From Candidatus Falkowbacteria bacterium (GTDB lineage: Bacteria; Patescibacteriota; Patescibacteriia; Patescibacteriales; UBA12465): DNA of 43,243 nt. The notes under the pieces were generated by a model. That model did not search any database and was not told where the DNA came from. It saw only the letters and a program-made list of their open reading frames with translations. The translations under genes and the position numbers were made by a program. Location of the stretch: NCBI GenBank assembly GCA_903937325.1, contig CAIZYV010000065.1, forward strand, positions 1 through 43,243, given 5' to 3'. Shown here in pieces: positions 31,439 to 40,340 of this stretch. Within the stretch, counting starts at the first letter, position 1. The number at the start of each line of letters is the position of its first letter.

Positions 31439-31978
31439 TTATCGCCCTTTCAAAAAAAATGGTTGCAAACGGCGACTAGCCAGAGCCAGGAGATTAAAAA
31501 ATAAGGCTACCAAGAAAACACCCAAGGCTAAACTCCAGGCTAATGATTCCCAAAAAGTGGCGGAAAACAAAAATAAGCGACCAGAAGAACCGGACCAATC
31601 AAAAATAACCAACAAAATATTAAAAATAAAAGCTTCAGCAGTGATTCCGATAATGCTTAGCAAAAGGAAAGAATATAAAGAACGGTTAGTTAAAACATTT
31701 TCTAAAACAAAATACATAATCACAGCACTTAAAAATAAAGACAGCAAGGACAAACCAAAGGGATGGAAGCTAAAAACATCTATAAAAAAACCAGCCGCTA
31801 AAGCTAAAAACCAAACACGATCACGACTAACCATTAAACAAGAAAAAATAATGGCGATTAAAATAATATCCAGATTACTCCATGGCCAAGGCAAGAAAGA
31901 AATTAAAGAAAATTGTACTAGAGCTAAAAACGCCGCCAAAGATAAGAAAATTAAAAATGAAAAAATCTTTTTATACAT
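31439..31978 (-). CDS. mreD: Rod shape-determining protein MreD (by position and topology)
   Basis: A 179-aa protein with about five TM segments, starting 3 nt after the mreC stop. Confidence 0.55.
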   Translation of the reverse strand: MYKKIFSFLIFLSLAAFLALVQFSLISFLPWPWSNLDIILIAIIFSCLMVSRDRVWFLALAAGFFIDVFSFHPFGLSLLSLFLSAVIMYFVLENVLTNRSLYSFLLLSIIGITAEAFIFNILLVIFDWSGSSGRLFLFSATFWESLAWSLALGVFLVALFFNLLALASRRLQPFFLKGR

Positions 31979-31981
31979 AAA

Positions 31982-32797
31982 TTAAGGCAAAACAACAGCC
32001 ACAACCGTTAAATTATAAAGAGAGGCAATCGGTTCAATACTGACATCCTGCCAAATTTCATTACTTTGATTATTAACCTGAGCAACGCGACCAATTACTA
32101 GACCACGAGGAATATTGTCGCCTAACCCAGAGCTGATAACAATATCACCTTCTTTTATTTGCTCCATCTGCGGAATATAATTCATTTTAATGGTCAGGCC
32201 AAGTTCCCCCTCGGAAAGTCCGATGGTTTTAGTGCCGTTTAAAATAGCAGCCGCTAGCTGGCAGTTATTGCCGGTCGTCAAACAAGCTCTAGAACTATTA
32301 TCTTTTACTTCGATAATTTTGCCGATGATTACACCAGATTCATTAATTACTCCAAGACCAGTAATAATTCCATCTTTAGAACCTCTGTCTAAAATGATAT
32401 CCTGAGCATTACCTTCGGCATCAAAAAGATTCTGCCTGGAAACGATATTAGCGCTAACCAAACGATAATGATTATTATTATTTAAAAAATTTAATTGTTG
32501 GCGCAATTTGTTATTTTCCTCGACTAAGAGTTGTAATTGTGCCTGATCAACAATAGCAAGCACCAGTTTATTTTCTGCCACCGTTAATTTAGCCACAATC
32601 TCTTCAATAGAATTGGCATCATTCGGCCTCCCTTGGAACCAAGTGCTTAAACCATGCAAAGACTTGCCCAGAGGCCTAATCGCTATCGTCAAGCTATTTT
32701 CTAAAGGTCGCGACAAACGGGAAAAATGAGCAAAAAAAATAAAGGCGATAATAAAAAGCCAAAGCCAAATCTTTTTAATTTTCCAGGCTAAACGCAT
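31982..32797 (-). CDS. mreC: Rod shape-determining protein MreC
   Basis: N-terminal TM segment, coiled coil (LVEENNKLRQQLNFL), and beta domains with GDIVISSGLGDNIPRGLVIGRV. Confidence 0.75.
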   Translation of the reverse strand: MRLAWKIKKIWLWLFIIAFIFFAHFSRLSRPLENSLTIAIRPLGKSLHGLSTWFQGRPNDANSIEEIVAKLTVAENKLVLAIVDQAQLQLLVEENNKLRQQLNFLNNNNHYRLVSANIVSRQNLFDAEGNAQDIILDRGSKDGIITGLGVINESGVIIGKIIEVKDNSSRACLTTGNNCQLAAAILNGTKTIGLSEGELGLTIKMNYIPQMEQIKEGDIVISSGLGDNIPRGLVIGRVAQVNNQSNEIWQDVSIEPIASLYNLTVVAVVLP

Positions 32798-32800
32798 AAT

Positions 32801-33847
32801 TTATTTATCTAAAACAACATTGCTAAGGGTAACCTTGGCCAATAATTCTGGATCGCTAATTAAAATACCGGCGCCACGAACAACGCAAGTTAAGGGGTCG
32901 TCAACAATCTTTACAGGAATCTTAGCAGCAATTGAAATTGCCTGGTCAAGACCACGCAATAAAGCTCCACCACCAGATAAGTAAATACCGCTTTCATAAA
33001 TATCGGACACGAGCTCTGGAGGTGTTGTTTCTAAAATTGTCTTAATATTTTCGATTATCTTGCTAACGGTACGGCTAATTGCTTCTCTAATTTGCTTATC
33101 ATTAACCATGATGGCTTTTGGTAAACCGTTGATCAAATCGCGACCACGTACTTCCATTTCCTGAGTTTCAGCTCCAGGTATAGCTGAAGCAATGTTAATT
33201 TTTATCTCTTCCGCCAACTGTTCCCCAATCAAAATATTAAATTCTTCTCGAATATATTCAATAATATTATTATCAAATTCATTCCCAGCTAAACGCAGAG
33301 ATTTCCAGGTAACAACGCCACCTAAAGAAATAACAGCGATTTCCGTGCTCCCGCCGCCAATATCAACAATCATCGTGGCGGTCGCCTCAGTAACGGGCAA
33401 ATGAGCGCCGACGGCCGACGCCATTGCTTCTTCAACTAAATAAACTTTGCGCGCGCCAGCGGAACGAGCAGCATCTTCAACCGCTTTCTTTTCTACTTCG
33501 GTCAAATCTAAAGGAATACCAATAACAACGCGCGGACGAGGAACTAAAGCAAAATGCTCACGATGAACTTTATTGATAAAATATTTCAACATTTTTTCTG
33601 TCACTTCAAAATCAGAAATAACCCCGTCTATCATTGGTTTAATTGCTTCAATATGAGCAGGTGTTTTGCCGACCATTTTCTTAGCGGCCAAACCAACTTC
33701 TAGAATTTCATTAGTACGCTTGTTAATCGCCACAACAGACGGCTCATTAATAACTAAACCTTTATCGCTAACGACGATAAGCGTATTTTTAGTACCAAGG
33801 TCTATACCTAAATCATGACTAAATTTACCGATAAGTTTATTGAACAT
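32801..33847 (-). CDS. mreB: Rod shape-determining protein MreB
   Basis: LGIDLGTKNTLI, NEPSVVAI, DIGGGSTEIAVISLGG and YLSGGGALLRGLD. It is followed by mreC and mreD. Confidence 0.9.
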   Translation of the reverse strand: MFNKLIGKFSHDLGIDLGTKNTLIVVSDKGLVINEPSVVAINKRTNEILEVGLAAKKMVGKTPAHIEAIKPMIDGVISDFEVTEKMLKYFINKVHREHFALVPRPRVVIGIPLDLTEVEKKAVEDAARSAGARKVYLVEEAMASAVGAHLPVTEATATMIVDIGGGSTEIAVISLGGVVTWKSLRLAGNEFDNNIIEYIREEFNILIGEQLAEEIKINIASAIPGAETQEMEVRGRDLINGLPKAIMVNDKQIREAISRTVSKIIENIKTILETTPPELVSDIYESGIYLSGGGALLRGLDQAISIAAKIPVKIVDDPLTCVVRGAGILISDPELLAKVTLSNVVLDK

Positions 33848-33857
33848 AAATCAAAAA

Positions 33858-35294
33858 TTAATAGCTTTTAGCAAAAAACCAATCATGTTTAGCCGGCTGG
33901 CCACTAATAAAACATTGAGACTGGCTCGGTCCTTCTTTTTCATATTCAGGCGGCAAGCAGCGGGAAACCATGCCGAACCTTTCTTTTAACATTTTTTCCG
34001 TTTTTGGATCCTCACTCCAACTAGCACGAAACCAGCCAGAACGGTCGTCTATCTCATCCCAACTCTTAATTGTATAAATATGATTGCGCGTATACTCATC
34101 AGCTTGCTGATAAAGATTGGTATGAATACTGGCCATTAATTTTTCCAAATAAACAGGCAAATCGGCCAAAAGAATATTTTCCTTACTATCAAGATCGCGA
34201 CGAAATACTGTTACCGTCGCCGCTCCGGCTTCTTGACCACCTATTTCTAAACGTACTGGCACACCGCGCACTTCCCAATAATTAAATTTGAAACCGGGAG
34301 TCTGATTATCGCGCTCATCAATCTTCAAACGATATTTAGTACCTAAAAATTCTTTAATTTGCCGAGAATAAGAAAGAACAATTTCTTTTCCGGCATCATC
34401 CCGATAAATTGGCACTATCACTACCTGAATAGGAGCAATATTAGGCGGCAAGCGTAAACCATTATCATCGCCATGCACCATAATCAAAGCGCCAACGGAT
34501 CGCCAAGATAAACCCCAGCTATTTTGGTGGCCAAGATGGCTTTCACCATCAGCTCCTAAATAGTTAACGCCAAAAACAGAAGCAAAATTAGTCCCTAAAT
34601 AATGGCTGGTTGCACCCTGAATTGCCTTACCGTCTTTTGCCATCAGTTCCGCTGTCATAGTTGTTACTGCTCCAGCGAATTTTTCATTTTCTGATTTGCG
34701 ACCGACAAAAGTCGGAATGGCCATAAATTCATAAATATCACGATAGATGCCGAGCATTTTTATCATTTCCGATCGAGCTTCTTCCTCGTTAGCAAAAACA
34801 GTATGACCTTCTTGCCATAAAAATTCACTCCAGCGCAAAAAAGCACGCGGGCGCTTTTCCCAACGCACAACATTTGCCCATTGATTTAAACGCAAAGGCA
34901 AATCTTTATAACTTTGAATCCATTTGGCATAAGTCTTATACATCGCCGCCTCACTAGTCGGCCTAATTGCCAGCTTATTAACCAATTCTTCCCCGCCGGC
35001 ATGAGTAACAACCGCTAATTCCGGCGAGAAACCTTCAACGTGACTTTTTTCAGCTTCAAGATTTTCCAAAGGCACAAAAATAGGAAAATAAACATTCTCA
35101 ACCCCATCATCCTCAAGACGACGGCTAAGTTCCGCTTTAATTAATTCCCAGATTTTCAAACCATAAGGGCGAACTATACCGCAACCACGTACTTCCGAGC
35201 TTTCCGCTAATTCCGCTTCCCTAACCACATCCTGATACCAGGCCGGAAAATCATCCGCTTGTTTAGTAATAGTTTTTTTCTCTGATTTGGCCAT
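33858..35294 (-). CDS. proS: Prolyl-tRNA synthetase, archaeal/eukaryote-like type
   Basis: N-terminal FPAWYQDVVREAELAE...RGCGIVRPYG, class II motifs, and a C-terminal domain ending in the conserved terminal Tyr (...FAKSY). Confidence 0.85.
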   Translation of the reverse strand: MAKSEKKTITKQADDFPAWYQDVVREAELAESSEVRGCGIVRPYGLKIWELIKAELSRRLEDDGVENVYFPIFVPLENLEAEKSHVEGFSPELAVVTHAGGEELVNKLAIRPTSEAAMYKTYAKWIQSYKDLPLRLNQWANVVRWEKRPRAFLRWSEFLWQEGHTVFANEEEARSEMIKMLGIYRDIYEFMAIPTFVGRKSENEKFAGAVTTMTAELMAKDGKAIQGATSHYLGTNFASVFGVNYLGADGESHLGHQNSWGLSWRSVGALIMVHGDDNGLRLPPNIAPIQVVIVPIYRDDAGKEIVLSYSRQIKEFLGTKYRLKIDERDNQTPGFKFNYWEVRGVPVRLEIGGQEAGAATVTVFRRDLDSKENILLADLPVYLEKLMASIHTNLYQQADEYTRNHIYTIKSWDEIDDRSGWFRASWSEDPKTEKMLKERFGMVSRCLPPEYEKEGPSQSQCFISGQPAKHDWFFAKSY

Positions 35295-35315
35295 ATATTT
35301 TAAAATTATCTCTAT

Positions 35316-35900
35316 TTAGCGGCTATTAATTTTCTTTAAAGCGGCTTTAACGCGAGCACCACTATCGGATAAGCTCGGATCCAAATTATTTAGAGCTAGG
35401 CGTGCATCAGGCAAGGAATAACCCAGAGACATGAGAGCATCTAATTCATCACTGAAACCAACTGGCAAATTAGCGGCCGAGAGAACGGCGCCGTCAACGC
35501 TTCTAATTAATTTATTTTTTAATTCTAAAACTATCCGTTCCGCAGTTTTTTTCCCGATACCAGCAACCTTAGTCAACAAAGCGGCATCATCTCGTATCAC
35601 TGCCTCCCGAATATCATTAATTGCGGCGATAGAAAGAACACCAAGCGCCGATTTCGGACCAACACCGGATACTGATAATAACATTTGAAATAATTCTAGC
35701 TCCTCAAGATTACGAAAGCCATAAAGGTCAGAAGCATCCTCCCGTACTTGATGAGATAAATAAAATTCCTGCTCAGCGCCTATTTTAACAGACGACAGCA
35801 GTGATTCGCCGGCAAAAATCTGGTAGCCGACCTTATTAACCTCTAATATCAGGTAATTATTACTTTTAGCCAAAACTTGGCCGCATAAATAGGCAAGCAT
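35316..35900 (-). CDS. ruvA: Holliday junction branch-migration protein RuvA
   Basis: An OB N-terminus (LILEVNKVGYQI), two HhH motifs (VSGVGPKSALGVL and VAGIGKKTAERIVLEL), and a domain III tail. Confidence 0.85.
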   Translation of the reverse strand: MLAYLCGQVLAKSNNYLILEVNKVGYQIFAGESLLSSVKIGAEQEFYLSHQVREDASDLYGFRNLEELELFQMLLSVSGVGPKSALGVLSIAAINDIREAVIRDDAALLTKVAGIGKKTAERIVLELKNKLIRSVDGAVLSAANLPVGFSDELDALMSLGYSLPDARLALNNLDPSLSDSGARVKAALKKINSR

Positions 35901-35951
35901 ATATTTTCAGTATAGTATATCTGTTGCTTTAATTAAATCTTGACAAAATAA

Positions 35952-36902
35952 CTAGAAACGTTTAATGCGAATTAGGCCGGAAAGCGTTATAATTTCCACT
36001 CCCTGTTTTTCGATTTCATCCAAAATTAAATTCATCCCCAAAGAATCGGAAGACATATGCCCAGCGATAATAACATTGATATGATATTTCTCCGCTTCCT
36101 TGCGATGCTCTTCGCCCATATGCATACCAATAACGGTACCAATTCCATATTGTGCCATCTTCTCATAAATATCTTTAGAACCACTGGTGCCACCGGTAAA
36201 TTCTGTTACCACCACCTTACCCAAGCTACGCTCGGGCGCACCGGCAAATATTTTCGGACCAGCCTTCAAAGCTTCAGCCGCCGCATATTCCGGAATCGTT
36301 TTCAAAAAATCCACTAACTCACCAACAGTCTCAAGCTTATCTCCTTCCTGGGCAAGAGCATTAATAATAAATTGCGCGGAAAGATTATCGGCTGGCGTAT
36401 GTAAACACATAAAATCGAGACCTAGCAAACGCGCTAAATCAACGGAACGCTGATGATTTATCGGACTAACACCACGAGTAACCTCAGAAATGCGTGGCTG
36501 AATAAGAGATTCGGCAATATTTATCGGCACACCATATTGCGCTAAAACTTGAGCCTGTAAATGCATAACGGTTGAGAGATCGGCTAACGCCTCTCCCTCG
36601 GGATGATGAGCAATGACTAAATCAATATCACCACGCTGTTTAGCGTATAAGAGTTCAGAGCCTTCAATATCAATGCCGGCGATTATTTTTTTAATCACTT
36701 TATCACCACTAGTACATAAGACACGAGAATCAGAATAAGGATTTTCTAAAGATTCATTATCAAAAGATTTTTTCTCTTTTTCGCTCATCTCCTCATATTT
36801 TTTCAAGCTTTTTGCCAAATGGCGACGAACGTAATCTTCACCTCGTAAATCCGCTTTAATTCCTTGAGCAATGGCTGATTGATATATTCCTTGTGTAGTC
36901 AT
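35952..36902 (-). CDS. NIF3/DUF34-like dinuclear-metal-centre protein
   Basis: VIAHHPEG, CLHTPADN and IIAGHMSSDSLGMN parallel the HHG, HLPLDAH and GHHATE blocks of YbgI/NIF3. This rests on resemblance only. Confidence 0.5.
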   Translation of the reverse strand: MTTQGIYQSAIAQGIKADLRGEDYVRRHLAKSLKKYEEMSEKEKKSFDNESLENPYSDSRVLCTSGDKVIKKIIAGIDIEGSELLYAKQRGDIDLVIAHHPEGEALADLSTVMHLQAQVLAQYGVPINIAESLIQPRISEVTRGVSPINHQRSVDLARLLGLDFMCLHTPADNLSAQFIINALAQEGDKLETVGELVDFLKTIPEYAAAEALKAGPKIFAGAPERSLGKVVVTEFTGGTSGSKDIYEKMAQYGIGTVIGMHMGEEHRKEAEKYHINVIIAGHMSSDSLGMNLILDEIEKQGVEIITLSGLIRIKRF

Positions 36903-36919
36903 ATTTACAATTTAATTAA

Positions 36920-37981
36920 TTATTTAATTATTCTAATTTCTCCTGCATCCGCATCAACGGTTATTAAATCGCCGCTTTTTAATATTTTTGTAGCTACTTG
37001 TGTGCCAATGATGCAAGGCTTTTTTAATTCTCTAGCAGTAATTGCCGCATGTGATAGAATCCCACCGGCATCAGTCACAAAAGCTCCAGATTTTTTCATA
37101 AACGGTAGGTACTCCGGCCGTGTCATACCGGTAACCAAAATATCACCAGTAGAAAATTCACCCTGATAATGCAAAGGATCGTTTATAATTCTTGCCCGAC
37201 CACTAACTTTGCCAGGATAAGCAACCTGCCCTTTAATAACATCAGAAAAAGAATTAGGCGTAATAATATTTTCTATTTTTTCCGCCTCCTCACCGACAAA
37301 ATTCCAGTGATCACCTAAATTAAAAAATTGAGCCGCTAATATAAATCTATTTTGCAATAATTCTTTATTCGGCAAAGGACGATTTTGTAAATAAGCGCGA
37401 AGCTCATCTTTAGTTGTGCAAAGGATTAATTCCGGACTTAAAGCGGTAAATTCAGCAATTTGTTCGGCAATCTTAGTCATAAATATTTCCTGATCATGGA
37501 AAACCGGCTCAGCATATACACGTGCCTCCTCCAAAACTGCCAGATATTTGTCTAATTGCTCTGGGTCGAGATAATCAACAATATATTTAATATAAATATG
37601 AGAAAGATAATAAACAGTAATCTGCTCCCAAAAATTATCGTAAATAGCTAAATCAATCTTTTTAGCAGCATATTTTTTCATAAATCCTAAAGCATCATCG
37701 GCATCAGATTTAAGAGCATTCGCTAAAAATATCGGTTTGTTTTTATCTTTCTTTATCTCTCCTATTAAATATCCACAAAAAATATCACGATCAGCCCGGC
37801 TAACCCAGCAATCACTGGATAATTGTCGATGGATATAAACAACCCGAGGATAAGCCGGCTTTCCGCTTAAAGATGGTCTAATTGACCACATTTCTCCAAA
37901 TTGAGAACAGGAGTGAAAGCTCCACTTACCAGACCAGACTTTCAGCCAATCACGCCTATTTTTCAACTCTTGAATATCCAT
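36920..37981 (-). CDS. Protein with a C-terminal PEP-utilising-enzyme mobile (swivel phosphohistidine) domain and an uncharacterised N-terminal region of about 260 aa
   Basis: The C-terminus reads GQVAYPGKVSGRARII...GDILVTGMTRPEYLPFMKKSGAFVTDAGGILSHAAITARELKKPCIIG, which is the PF00391-type pattern with the phospho-His in SHAAI. Confidence 0.65.
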   Translation of the reverse strand: MDIQELKNRRDWLKVWSGKWSFHSCSQFGEMWSIRPSLSGKPAYPRVVYIHRQLSSDCWVSRADRDIFCGYLIGEIKKDKNKPIFLANALKSDADDALGFMKKYAAKKIDLAIYDNFWEQITVYYLSHIYIKYIVDYLDPEQLDKYLAVLEEARVYAEPVFHDQEIFMTKIAEQIAEFTALSPELILCTTKDELRAYLQNRPLPNKELLQNRFILAAQFFNLGDHWNFVGEEAEKIENIITPNSFSDVIKGQVAYPGKVSGRARIINDPLHYQGEFSTGDILVTGMTRPEYLPFMKKSGAFVTDAGGILSHAAITARELKKPCIIGTQVATKILKSGDLITVDADAGEIRIIK

Positions 37982-37985
37982 ATGA

Positions 37986-38897
37986 TTATATTTGCCCTCT
38001 TAATTTCTTAATCCTTTCTGTAATAGGAGGATGAGTCATCATCATCTTCGCAAACCAAGATATTTTTTCATTCTCTTCTTTACCTTTAAACGGAGAAACA
38101 ATATACATATGCGCCGTTGCTCGATTCGCTGCCTCCAAGGGCTCGCGGTCACCACTTATTTTTTCTAAGGCTCGCGCTAGGCCTTCCGGATAACGAGTTA
38201 AAAGAGCAGCATCCGCATCGGCGGCAAATTCTCTTTTCCGCGAAACAGCCAGTCGCAGAAGCTGAGCGAAAAGTGGCGCTAAGATAGAAAAAACAATAGC
38301 TAAAATAAACATTATTGTTCCCAGCTGATTATTATCATTATTATTATGTTTGCGACCACCAAAAAATGACCAACGACGAAACCAATCAGCCAACAAAACA
38401 ACAATACCAACCAGCACAGTTGCAATCGTCGAAATTAAAATATCGCGATTACCAATATGTGATAATTCATGAGCAATTACGCCTTCTAACTCCACTTTTT
38501 CTAATTTTCCTAAAATACCAGAGGTAACAGCGATGGCGGCGTGATGAGGGTCTCGACCAGTGGCAAAAGCGTTAGGGGCACTGTCTTCAATAATATAAAT
38601 TTTTGGCAGAGGCAGACCGGCAGCAATACAAAGATTTTCTACTAAACGATAAAGTTCGCGGTTATTATTTTTATCTATTTCTTTAGCCTGCGACATTGCC
38701 AAAACGATCTTATCGCTAAACCAATAACTAATAAAACTCATCGAGATACTTATAAAAACCGCTATATAAACAATAGCGACATCATCCATCGCTAAAGAAA
38801 AAATATAACCGACCAACATTATAAAGATGAAAAACCCGGTCATTAAAAACCAGGTTTTTCTTTTATTGACGGCACTATATGAATATAAATTTGTCAT
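37986..38897 (-). CDS. htpX: M48-family zinc metalloprotease HtpX
   Basis: HELSHIGNRD (HExxH), four TM segments, and a distal E in REFAADA. Confidence 0.85.
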   Translation of the reverse strand: MTNLYSYSAVNKRKTWFLMTGFFIFIMLVGYIFSLAMDDVAIVYIAVFISISMSFISYWFSDKIVLAMSQAKEIDKNNNRELYRLVENLCIAAGLPLPKIYIIEDSAPNAFATGRDPHHAAIAVTSGILGKLEKVELEGVIAHELSHIGNRDILISTIATVLVGIVVLLADWFRRWSFFGGRKHNNNDNNQLGTIMFILAIVFSILAPLFAQLLRLAVSRKREFAADADAALLTRYPEGLARALEKISGDREPLEAANRATAHMYIVSPFKGKEENEKISWFAKMMMTHPPITERIKKLRGQI

Positions 38898-38907
38898 ACT
38901 TAATCCC

Positions 38908-39666
38908 TTATTTATTCTCTTGGGTCATTTTTTTGGCAAAACCGTCAAAAGCTCTTAATACTTCAACCGGGGTCAAGAAAACAACGGTATTAGACTGATC
39001 GGAAGAAATATCATTTATCGCTTGTAAGGTGCGCAAGTGCAAGGCTCCTGGAGTTTCGGCTAAAACTTTAGCGGCCTGAGAAATATTAGCGGAAGCTGCT
39101 AATTCACCTTCAGAATTAATAATTACGGCCCGCTTCTCTCTTTCTGCTTCTGCTTGTTTAGCGATTGTTCTTTCCATTGATTCCGGTAAAGATACATCTT
39201 TTAATTCAACATTATTAACGTGAATGCCCCAGTCTCCGGTTTCTTTTTCGACTATTTCCCGGATACGATCAGCAATTTTATCGCGCTGAGCAAGTAATTC
39301 ATCTAAGGTAACTTCGCCAACGATGTTGCGCATAGTAGTTTGTGCGTATTGGGAGATGGCGTATTGATAGTTTTCAACTTCAATGATAACTTTTTCTGCC
39401 GCCACAACTTTATAATAAATCACCGCGTTAACGGTTACAGAGACGTTATCGCGAGTAATTGCTCTTTGATCAGGCACGTCAACTGCTTTAATACGTACAT
39501 CGACTTTGCGAAAAGATTGAAAAATAGGAATTAATATGCGCCAACCAGGTTGCATGACATAGGAATAACGGCCCATGGTAAAGACCACTCCCCGTTCATA
39601 CTGATTAACTTGCTTTAAAAAAGCGAGGATTAAAATAATGACAGCGACAATAATGTAAATCCACAT
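38908..39666 (-). CDS. SPFH/band-7 (stomatin-like) membrane-scaffold protein
   Basis: N-terminal TM segment, an SPFH core (YERGVVFTMGRY...DNVSVTVNAVIYYKV) and a coiled-coil region AEAEREKRAVI. Confidence 0.8.
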   Translation of the reverse strand: MWIYIIVAVIILILAFLKQVNQYERGVVFTMGRYSYVMQPGWRILIPIFQSFRKVDVRIKAVDVPDQRAITRDNVSVTVNAVIYYKVVAAEKVIIEVENYQYAISQYAQTTMRNIVGEVTLDELLAQRDKIADRIREIVEKETGDWGIHVNNVELKDVSLPESMERTIAKQAEAEREKRAVIINSEGELAASANISQAAKVLAETPGALHLRTLQAINDISSDQSNTVVFLTPVEVLRAFDGFAKKMTQENK

Positions 39667-39686
39667 ATATTTTTTATTAAATAATT

Positions 39687-40280
39687 TTAAAATTTAACGG
39701 CTACCACTTCTTTTTCCTCTTCAGCCGCCGCAAAGAAAGCATAATCTTTAAAACCAAGCATGCGCCCGAAAATATTAGTCGGAACACTCTGCAATTTAGT
39801 ATTGAAATCGCGAGCATTGGTATTATAGAAACGACGAGAAGCCATAATCTTATCTTCCGTATCAGTTAAATCGCGCTGCAATTCTAAAAAGTTTTGATTC
39901 GCTTTTAAATCGGGATAGTTTTCCGCTAAAGCAAAAATGGATTTTAAGGTTGAAGATAAAGTATTTTCCGCTTTTACAACAGCCGCCGGATCATGACTGG
40001 CCTGAGCGCTAACTGCGTTATTACGAGCCGCCACTACCTGGCTAAAAGTTTCCTGCTCATGCGCGGCATAACCTTTGACCGTTTCTATCAAATTAGGAAT
40101 TAAATCATGACGTCTCTTTAATTGGACATCTATATCGCTCCAAGCTTCATCCACTCTATTTTTAGAACTGATAAGACCATTGTACATAGCCACAAGAGCT
40201 AGGGCCAAAAGCACAATGACTCCGATAATAATCCAAGTAGTCATAAATATTGTAAGCGATCGAAAAATATCTTTTTCCAT
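39687..40280 (-). CDS. lemA: LemA-family membrane protein
   Basis: N-terminal TM segment, then YNGLISSKNRVDEAWSDIDVQLKRRHDLIPNLIETVKGYAAHE, which is the LemA signature region. I prefer the ATG at 40280 to the TTG at 40286. Confidence 0.8.
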   Translation of the reverse strand: MEKDIFRSLTIFMTTWIIIGVIVLLALALVAMYNGLISSKNRVDEAWSDIDVQLKRRHDLIPNLIETVKGYAAHEQETFSQVVAARNNAVSAQASHDPAAVVKAENTLSSTLKSIFALAENYPDLKANQNFLELQRDLTDTEDKIMASRRFYNTNARDFNTKLQSVPTNIFGRMLGFKDYAFFAAAEEEKEVVAVKF

Positions 40281-40307
40281 CGGCAAATTTAATGAATTAA
40301 CCCTATA

Positions 40308-40336
40308 ATTATAGCAGAAAAAAGGATTTTTGTCTA
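40308..40336 (-). promoter_or_regulatory. Sigma70-like promoter for the lemA operon
   Basis: The minus strand reads TAGACA (40336-40331), a 17-nt spacer, then TATAAT (40313-40308). The -10 lies within the perfect 12-bp palindrome CTATAATTATAG (40303-40314). The -35 starts 5 nt after the ileS stop. Confidence 0.5.
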
Positions 40337-40340
40337 AAAG

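Noticed and set aside
31557-31985. A 142-aa plus-strand ORF covering almost all of mreD in antisense. Other antisense or alternative-frame track ORFs are of the same kind, for example 1384-1575, 2521-2766, 4447-4647, 5213-5410, 5458-5655, 7195-8167, 10948-11148, 15797-16281, 31001-31255, 33192-33404, 35431-35688, 36057-36453 and 42705-42914.
   Set aside because: The products are low-complexity mirror images of the real genes. The 31557-31985 product is Lys/Asn-rich because it is antisense to Phe/Leu-rich membrane codons. These ORFs lie wholly inside well-supported genes with recognisable motifs and have no independent start or regulatory context.
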